Positions 57,859 through 64,000 of a stretch of DNA of 64,000 nt are shown here, piece after piece. Source of the DNA: Candidatus Eremiobacteria bacterium (lineage in GTDB: Bacteria > Vulcanimicrobiota > Vulcanimicrobiia > Vulcanimicrobiales > Vulcanimicrobiaceae); the NCBI GenBank assembly GCA_963758295.1, contig CAVWUU010000004.1, positions 320,001-384,000 of the forward strand, written 5' to 3'. A program made the translations under genes and the position numbers. The notes below the pieces were generated by a model. The model was not told where the DNA came from. It saw nothing but the letters and a program-made list of their open reading frames with translations, and did not search any database. How positions within the stretch are numbered: the stretch's first letter is position 1; the number at the start of each line of letters is the position of its first letter.

Positions 57859-58942
57859 TACACGGCCGACCTCGGCATACGTGCCCATCTCTTCGGTTCG
57901 CCGGCCGATCGCCCGCGCGTGACGGGGATCGATCGCTCCGGCGGTGAGGAGCTGCGCAATATGCTGTTCCAGGGTTTGCATTCCTACTGCTCTCCCGGTG
58001 AGCATCACATTGCGCAATTGATGCGTGCGCGCTTCGCGTACAATCGAACGAACCGCATCCGTGGCGATCAATACTTCGGAAACCGCCTGTCGCCCTGAAC
58101 CGTCGGCTCGCGGGACCAAGTGCTGGCACACGATGGCGAGCGAGCACCTGTGAGAGTTGCGTGCGGACCTGTGCCTGGTCGCCGCCATTGAAAGCATCGA
58201 TGATACGCTCTATCGTCTCTACGGCATTACCGGTGTGCAGCGTGGCAAGGACGAGGTGGCCCGTTTCTGCTGCGACTAGCGCCGCTTGCATCGTTTGAAT
58301 GTTACGCATCTCTCCCACCACGATCACGTCGGGATCCGCGCGCAGCGCACCGTGCAAACCATCGGCGAACGAACGCGTATCGCGTCCCACTTCGCGTTGC
58401 GTGATTAGAGATCGCTTGTTCACGTGCCGGTATTCGATGGGATCTTCGATCGTCACGATCCGTCGAGCAGAAGTCGAATTGATGCGGTCGATGGCCGCCG
58501 CGAGCGAAGTCGATTTTCCGGAGCCTGTTGGACCGGTGAATAGGATCAAACCACGATCGTGGTCGCAAAGCGTGCCCACCACGTCCGGAAGACCGAGCGT
58601 TTCCAGTTGTGGCACATGAAGGCTCAGAAGCCGAATTGCGAGCGCCGGCGCATCGGCACTCCTGAAGGCGTGAATGCGCATGGGGCCGGCTTCATCCTCA
58701 ATCCAAGCGGCGGACACGTCAATGCCGCCTTCCACGGCCTCCATCGTTTCCGCGCCCAACAAGTGCGTGGCGATCGTTCGTATATCAACTGCTTCCAGCG
58801 TTACCCCCGGCGATGCGTGCAGTTCTCCGTCGATTCTCACAACGGGAACCATGCCCGCACAAAGGTGCAGGTCCGAAGCATTTTGCCGGCGCGCGTAACG
58901 CAGGGCGTCCAGCAGACGCAGATACGGCATCGCCGCGCTCAT
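57858..58942 (-). pseudogene. pilT: PilT retraction ATPase, frameshifted near 58140 and probably again near 57866
   Basis: ASDLHL, GPTGSGKST, EDPIE, ALRADPD, ETGHL in one frame; AIVCQHL..EVL..GMQTLEQ continues in another frame. Confidence 0.85.
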
Positions 58943-60204
58943 AAGCTCTCACCGACAACAAGCACCCGGCGCAATTCCGCGACGTTCGTTTCGCCGCGCA
59001 TGACTCGGCGTATACCGTCTGCAAGCATCGGCTCGTATCCGGCGCTCGAAGCGATGCCCGCCAGGACCGAAGGCGCAGCGGCAGCCGCTATCGCTTCCCG
59101 GAGCTCACCGTTCACCGGCATAAGTTCGAAGAGCCCAATTCGCCCGCTGTATCCGGTTTCGCCGCACTCGCGGCATCCCAACGTTGCGAAGACTTCGGCA
59201 TTTCGGTCCAGCCCGAGAAGCTCGGCGTCGTCACGCGATATCACCGTTCTTTGTTTGCAACGCTCGCACAACCGGCGAACGAGTCGTTGCGCAACCACGG
59301 CAGATAAGCCGGCGGCGATAGCCTGTCGTTTCAGACCGAGTTCGGCCAAACGTTCGATCGTGCGTGTCGCGTCTGCGGCATGAAGGCTCGTGAAGACCAA
59401 TTGGCCGGAGAGAGCCGCCGACATGGCGGCATTTGCCGTTTCGGCATCACGCATCTCGCCAACCATAATCACATTTGGGTCTTGTCGCAGTAACGCTCGA
59501 AGCGCGCTTGAAAACGTGATTCCGGCGCGGAAGTTCACCTGCACTTGCGCGACTCCGGCGATTCGAACTTCTACCGGATCCTCGACGGTGCAGATGTGCT
59601 GTCCGGGCACGTTTCTTTCGTTCAGGGACGCGTACAGCGTCGTGGTCTTGCCGCTTCCGGTCGGGCCGCACGCGATGACGAAACCATGCGGCGCATTCAC
59701 AATGTCTCGATATCGCTTCAAAAGCCCCGCAGGAATCCCAAGGTGATCCAAGCGTGCAGCTTGTACGCGCATGTCGAGCAGGCGAACCACAAGCTTTTCG
59801 CCGGAGATCGTTGGCATCGAAGACACGCGCGCGTCGATCGACCGGCCGTGCGATTCAAGATCGTACCTACCGTCCTGAGGCTGCCGTTTATCCGAAATAT
59901 CCATGCCCGCGAGCAATTTTACTCGCGACACTACCTGCGCTAAGAGTGCGTTCGAAAGCGTTGCGCTCTCCCGAAGAATACCGTCGACGCGTTGCCGAAC
60001 GCGTCCGCCATCCGTTGTCGGCTCGATATGAATGTCCGAGGCGCCGGCCGCGGCCGCGCTTTGGTGGAGGTCGTCTACGAACCGGATGGCCGGCGCGGTA
60101 TCTTCGCGATCGTCGAGCGCCTCGATGGCCGCGGCGGCGGAGCTGCCGTTTTTGAATGTCTCCTCGAGTGCAAAAGCACTGCGAGGCTCTGTCGAAAGAG
60201 CCAC
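58939..60204 (-). CDS. pilB: PilB/GspE assembly ATPase (short N-terminus)
   Basis: ASDIHIEP, PQDGR, GPTGSGKTTTLY, LRQDP, tetracysteine motif, GYSGR. Confidence 0.94.
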   Translation of the reverse strand: MALSTEPRSAFALEETFKNGSSAAAAIEALDDREDTAPAIRFVDDLHQSAAAAGASDIHIEPTTDGGRVRQRVDGILRESATLSNALLAQVVSRVKLLAGMDISDKRQPQDGRYDLESHGRSIDARVSSMPTISGEKLVVRLLDMRVQAARLDHLGIPAGLLKRYRDIVNAPHGFVIACGPTGSGKTTTLYASLNERNVPGQHICTVEDPVEVRIAGVAQVQVNFRAGITFSSALRALLRQDPNVIMVGEMRDAETANAAMSAALSGQLVFTSLHAADATRTIERLAELGLKRQAIAAGLSAVVAQRLVRRLCERCKQRTVISRDDAELLGLDRNAEVFATLGCRECGETGYSGRIGLFELMPVNGELREAIAAAAAPSVLAGIASSAGYEPMLADGIRRVMRGETNVAELRRVLVVGESL

Positions 60205-60427
60205 ACCCGTTCTCCCTGGCAGAACAATATTTGGACGAGCGTTACAGTCAAGCGCTCGTCAGGACTCTGTTATCGCATAAAGGCAACAAGGCTGCAATAA
60301 GTCCGCAGCAGATTTTTGCCTTAATGTCTTGTACCTCGTGCGCGTGGGCACTCAGTTTCGTCAAATAGGTTGTTTTATGGACAAAAACACCTATGTGCGA
60401 ATCGCCGCTATGATCGCGCCGGCGGTT

Positions 60428-60458
60428 AAACGAGGGCGCCGATTCGGCGCCCTCGTTT
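60428..60458. terminator. Strong hairpin after thyX
   Basis: AAACGAGGGCGCCG-ATT-CGGCGCCCTCGTTT, a perfect 14-bp stem. Confidence 0.8.
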
Positions 60459-60460
60459 TG

Positions 60461-61288
60461 TTAGCTCGACGTACCGGCCGGTTTAGCCGATGCGAGCTCG
60501 CCTTCAATCGCTTTTCGCATCTGAACCCAGCCTTTGAAGTTCGCGTGGAATTCCACATCTTCGGCAGGTGTTGCGACGTGTTCGAACGGGCTCAAATGAC
60601 CGTCTGTTTTCAAACGGGCGAACAGGTCGAGATCCGCTTGAATGTCGCGCTTTCCGTCATGAGTCAGGTATGATACGCGAGCGCAGCGCGCTACGCTGAT
60701 CTTCTGCTGTTCTTCGATCGGCAGATTCCGTTCGTCGTCCTGAAGCAGCGGCAAATGCCAATCGCCTATCTCCACCTGCGCGGGAACGCCGGATTCATAT
60801 CGATCGCGAACAAGATTTGCAGCGACGCGAATTTCCGGCTGCGCGTTCGGCGCGCAACGCAAATCGAAAAAATTCTGCCATTCAGTGGACGTCACAATAA
60901 CCGTGTGCCACATGAAAGGCTCGAGGATCCGGTTAGTTACTTGTTTGTGAACGTGCAAGTCCGCGAATCGCCTTGCCGTTTCAACCGCCGAGTCCCGAGC
61001 GATCAGCCAGGTATCCCGTGCTGCTTCCTGTTCTGCAGATTGCAACTCTTCATCCGCAGACATGCCCTTTTTATTCTTGCCCCATTCGACGGGCATTGCA
61101 GGTTCTTGCATCACGCGCTCGATCAATTTGCTCGTTGGTATTGCACGAGAACTCGCGCTATTTCGAGAAAAATTCCTGTGCGTGTTCCATTCGGACAGAA
61201 TGAAGCGGGGGAACGTTACCTCCATTGTGGTGAGCCGTACCCCCGCCGGACTTATCGAGTCAAGCAGAATGCGAGCCGAGAAACCCAT
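60461..61288 (-). CDS. thyX: Flavin-dependent thymidylate synthase, divergent type
   Basis: THRNFSRNSASSR, FFDLR...AQPEIR, ARCARVSY, HLSPFEH. Confidence 0.85.
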   Translation of the reverse strand: MGFSARILLDSISPAGVRLTTMEVTFPRFILSEWNTHRNFSRNSASSRAIPTSKLIERVMQEPAMPVEWGKNKKGMSADEELQSAEQEAARDTWLIARDSAVETARRFADLHVHKQVTNRILEPFMWHTVIVTSTEWQNFFDLRCAPNAQPEIRVAANLVRDRYESGVPAQVEIGDWHLPLLQDDERNLPIEEQQKISVARCARVSYLTHDGKRDIQADLDLFARLKTDGHLSPFEHVATPAEDVEFHANFKGWVQMRKAIEGELASAKPAGTSS

Positions 61289-61298
61289 TTAGCCTAAA

Positions 61299-62384
61299 TT
61301 AGCCGCGATAACGGAGGAATGCCGGCACTTCGATATCGTCCATGTTCACGGGCGATACGGCATCGATCTTTCCGTTTTCGAACACGGCCGTCGAGTTGTG
61401 ACCATTGATCGACGGACGGTACGTTTTCGGCGCACCGAAACCGGCCGCGAGAACCGTGACGCGTACTTTACCGCTCATGTTGGGGTCGATCGACGCGCCG
61501 AAGATAATTTGCGCGTCGGAGTCGACCGCGCGGCTGATCATTTCGGCCGCTTCGTTCACTTCGTACATTGCCATGTCCGGTCCGCCGGTGATGTTGAAGA
61601 TTACGCCGCGCGCGCCTTCGATCGTCGTCTCGAGCAGCGGCGATGCGATGGCCTTCTGTGCCGCATCGGCCGCGCGATGCTCGCCCGAACCTTCACCGAT
61701 ACCCATCATCGCGGAGCCGGCATCCGTCATAATCGTCTTCACGTCGGCGAAGTCGAGGTTGATGAGGCCCGGTTGCGTGATGAGGTCGCTAATGCCCTGA
61801 ATGCCCTGGCGCAGCACGTCGTCGGCGTACGAGAAGGCCTCGTTGAGCGGCGTGCGCTTTTCGATGACCTGCAGAATACGCTCGTTGGGAATCGTGATGA
61901 GCGTGTCGACCTTGGCCTCAAGCTCGGCGATCGCGTGCTCGGCCTGCTGCATGCGCTTGCGGCCTTCGAACGCGAAGGGCTTCGTCACCACGGCGATCGT
62001 TAATGCGCCCGAATCGCGCGCGAGTTCTGCAATTACGGGAGCCGCGCCGCTGCCGGTGCCGCCGCCCATACCGGCGGTGATAAACACGAGGTCTGCGCCG
62101 TCGAGAATCATGCCGAGATCTTCACGAGATTCTTCGGCGGCTTCGCGTCCGAGCGTCGGGTTCGCGCCGGCGCCGAGGCCGCGCGTCATGCCGTTACCGA
62201 TGTGCACGGTGTTCTCGGTGCGCGAGTTGCGCAGTGCCTGCACGTCGGAATTGACGGCGAAGAAATCAACGCCGTTCAAGCCGGCCTCGATCATGCGATT
62301 GACGGCATTGCAGCCGCCGCCGCCAACACCGATCACCTTGATCGCGGCGGTATGATCTGGTACGAAGCGTCGTGCGTCTGCCAT
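61299..62384 (-). CDS. ftsZ: Cell division protein FtsZ
   Basis: [28 protein letters not shown]-terminal EVPAFLR. Confidence 0.98.
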   Translation of the reverse strand: MADARRFVPDHTAAIKVIGVGGGGCNAVNRMIEAGLNGVDFFAVNSDVQALRNSRTENTVHIGNGMTRGLGAGANPTLGREAAEESREDLGMILDGADLVFITAGMGGGTGSGAAPVIAELARDSGALTIAVVTKPFAFEGRKRMQQAEHAIAELEAKVDTLITIPNERILQVIEKRTPLNEAFSYADDVLRQGIQGISDLITQPGLINLDFADVKTIMTDAGSAMMGIGEGSGEHRAADAAQKAIASPLLETTIEGARGVIFNITGGPDMAMYEVNEAAEMISRAVDSDAQIIFGASIDPNMSGKVRVTVLAAGFGAPKTYRPSINGHNSTAVFENGKIDAVSPVNMDDIEVPAFLRYRG

Positions 62385-62424
62385 TTCCGTCTCCTCGAAT
62401 AATGAGAGTTGTTCGAAGTGCAAT

Positions 62425-63642
62425 CTAGTTCCAGAGATCCGCAAACCAATTGCGGACTCGGGTCAGGATATTTCCGTTGGGTCGGCGGACGCCGTTGCCC
62501 GCTTCCGTTTCACCGTTTGCGCCGAACATCACCAACCCGATCGCCGTCGCGTACTGCGGTTTAGCCATCGAATCGGTAAGGCCGCCGATCGATTGCGGCA
62601 TGCCGACCCGCGTCGGCAAACCGAAAATCTCTTCGGCGATGGGCGAGATCCCCGGCAGCAGCGAACCGCCGCCGGTCAAAACGACTTCACCGAGCACGAG
62701 ATCGCGCGGCACGTTCTCGATGATCTTCTGCTTGGACATGCGCAGCGTCTCGAGGACGCGCGGCACCACGATTTGGCGCAACTGCTGCGTGGTGACGTCT
62801 TTGGTCATGCGGCCGTCCAGCGTGCGAACGCTGAAGGTCTGCTCGCCGTTCTCCGCGATGCCGGCGCCGAATTGCTTCTTTACCTCTTCCGCTTCGGCAA
62901 GCGACGTCTTTAGGCCGAGCGAAATGTCGTTCGTAAGAATGTTGCCGCCGACCGGAATCGTGGCTGTGTAAATCGCGCTTCCGAGCGAGTGGACCGCGAT
63001 GTCGGTCGTTCCGCCGCCGATGTCCAGCAACACGACGCCGACCTGTTTCTCTTCCGTCATCAGCGTTGCTGCCGAGCTAGCCAGCGGTTCGAAGACCAGT
63101 CCCGCGGCTTCCAGTCCGGCGCGATGGACGCACTTGAGCACGTTCGTAATGAACGTCGTGCCGCCGGTGATGATGTGCGTGTCCACTTCCAGCCGGCCGC
63201 CGGCCATGCCGATCGGGTCTTCCACGCCTTCTTGTCCGTCGACGGTGAAGTAGCGCGGCAGAGCGTGAATGATCTGACGGTCTGCCGGCAGATTAATAAT
63301 TTTGCTTGCATCGATCACGCGGCGCACGTCGGCGTGAGAAACTTCGCGGTCTTCGCTTGTCGTGGCGACGACGGCGCGGTTGTTGGTGCTTCGGATGTGG
63401 TCGCCGGTGATGCCGACATAGACGTCGGCGACGTGAACGCCGGCCATACGCTCGGCCTTCTCCGTAGCGGCCTCGATAGACTTAATCGTCTCCTCGAGAT
63501 CGACGACCACGCCTTTACGCATGCCGAGCGAGGGCGCTTCCCCCACTCCGACGATCTCAAGGCCGTTGGGGCCATCGACGGCAACGACTGCACAGGTCTT
63601 GGTCGTGCCGATATCGAGCCCACAAACGGTCTCGTGCTTCAT
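62425..63642 (-). CDS. ftsA: Cell division protein FtsA
   Basis: [22 protein letters not shown], amphipathic C-terminal helix. Confidence 0.97.
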   Translation of the reverse strand: MKHETVCGLDIGTTKTCAVVAVDGPNGLEIVGVGEAPSLGMRKGVVVDLEETIKSIEAATEKAERMAGVHVADVYVGITGDHIRSTNNRAVVATTSEDREVSHADVRRVIDASKIINLPADRQIIHALPRYFTVDGQEGVEDPIGMAGGRLEVDTHIITGGTTFITNVLKCVHRAGLEAAGLVFEPLASSAATLMTEEKQVGVVLLDIGGGTTDIAVHSLGSAIYTATIPVGGNILTNDISLGLKTSLAEAEEVKKQFGAGIAENGEQTFSVRTLDGRMTKDVTTQQLRQIVVPRVLETLRMSKQKIIENVPRDLVLGEVVLTGGGSLLPGISPIAEEIFGLPTRVGMPQSIGGLTDSMAKPQYATAIGLVMFGANGETEAGNGVRRPNGNILTRVRNWFADLWN

Positions 63643-63849
63643 CCGATAATCACCTATTCTCCGAACCGGCTTTAACCGCTATATATTGGGGCTGTACTCC
63701 AGAATCCCTACTATGGATAGGACCAGCCTCGTAAGCGATTCGCAAAGGTTAGCGGGCTCGGAGCGTTCTCCTTGAGGATAAGGGCTTAAGCCTCATGCAC
63801 GGGTGAAATCGCAGCTACATACTTTTAGAGCTACGCTCATCCGGAGGTT

Positions 63850-64000
63850 ATGATGATCCTGTCCAAACCCTGGCCTTATCTGGTCCTGGCGGCGCTTTTT
63901 GCCGCCCCCTTATCGATTGGAGCCCAAGTCGAATCGACGCCAATTCCATTACCTGCCAAACCCGATCTCTCCCCGATGTCGTATCTCGTCGGAACGTGGA
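63850..64000 (+). CDS. Secreted hypothetical protein, truncated by the window end
   Basis: GGAGG RBS, signal peptide, PKPDLSPMSYLVGTW. Confidence 0.65.
   Translation, partial: MMILSKPWPYLVLAALFAAPLSIGAQVESTPIPLPAKPDLSPMSYLVGTW

Noticed and set aside
63715..63830. Possible second riboswitch upstream of ftsA (CCTCGTAAGCG resembles the ydaO 3' end)
   Set aside because: The other ydaO core motifs are absent and I found no convincing fold

Overview
Gene-dense, GC-rich bacterial chromosomal window, mostly housekeeping. The mix of diderm envelope genes (TamB, Mla, TonB-dependent receptor, secretin) and Terrabacteria-type genes (cdaA-cdaR-glmM, c-di-AMP riboswitch, SigB/SigF-type sigma with STAS/SpoIIE) suggests Eremiobacterota/Vulcanimicrobiota or a relative (inference only). 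Order: tamB-Skp-like-rph-mlaEFD-panE; xerC with a GAF-Cache-GGDEF-EAL gene; TonB receptor; a SpoIIE/STAS partner-switching operon; clpP; osmC; tRNA-Gln(UUG) followed by tandem ~188-bp repeats that carry D-arm-less tRNA-like copies; a c-di-AMP-riboswitch-controlled NlpC/P60 gene beside cdaA-cdaR-glmM; rsgA; rpsT; aroC-aroK-aroB-priA; a complete type IV pilus operon containing a SigF-like sigma factor and a CcdA-like redox transporter, with a frameshifted pilT; ftsA-ftsZ-thyX. No CRISPR array, prophage or intact IS was seen. The best candidates for undescribed biology are the tRNA-linked structured repeat, the sigma/CcdA-containing pilus operon, and a recurring SigB/SigF-like promoter motif before stress genes. 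All calls come from motif recognition by eye; no database searches were run.
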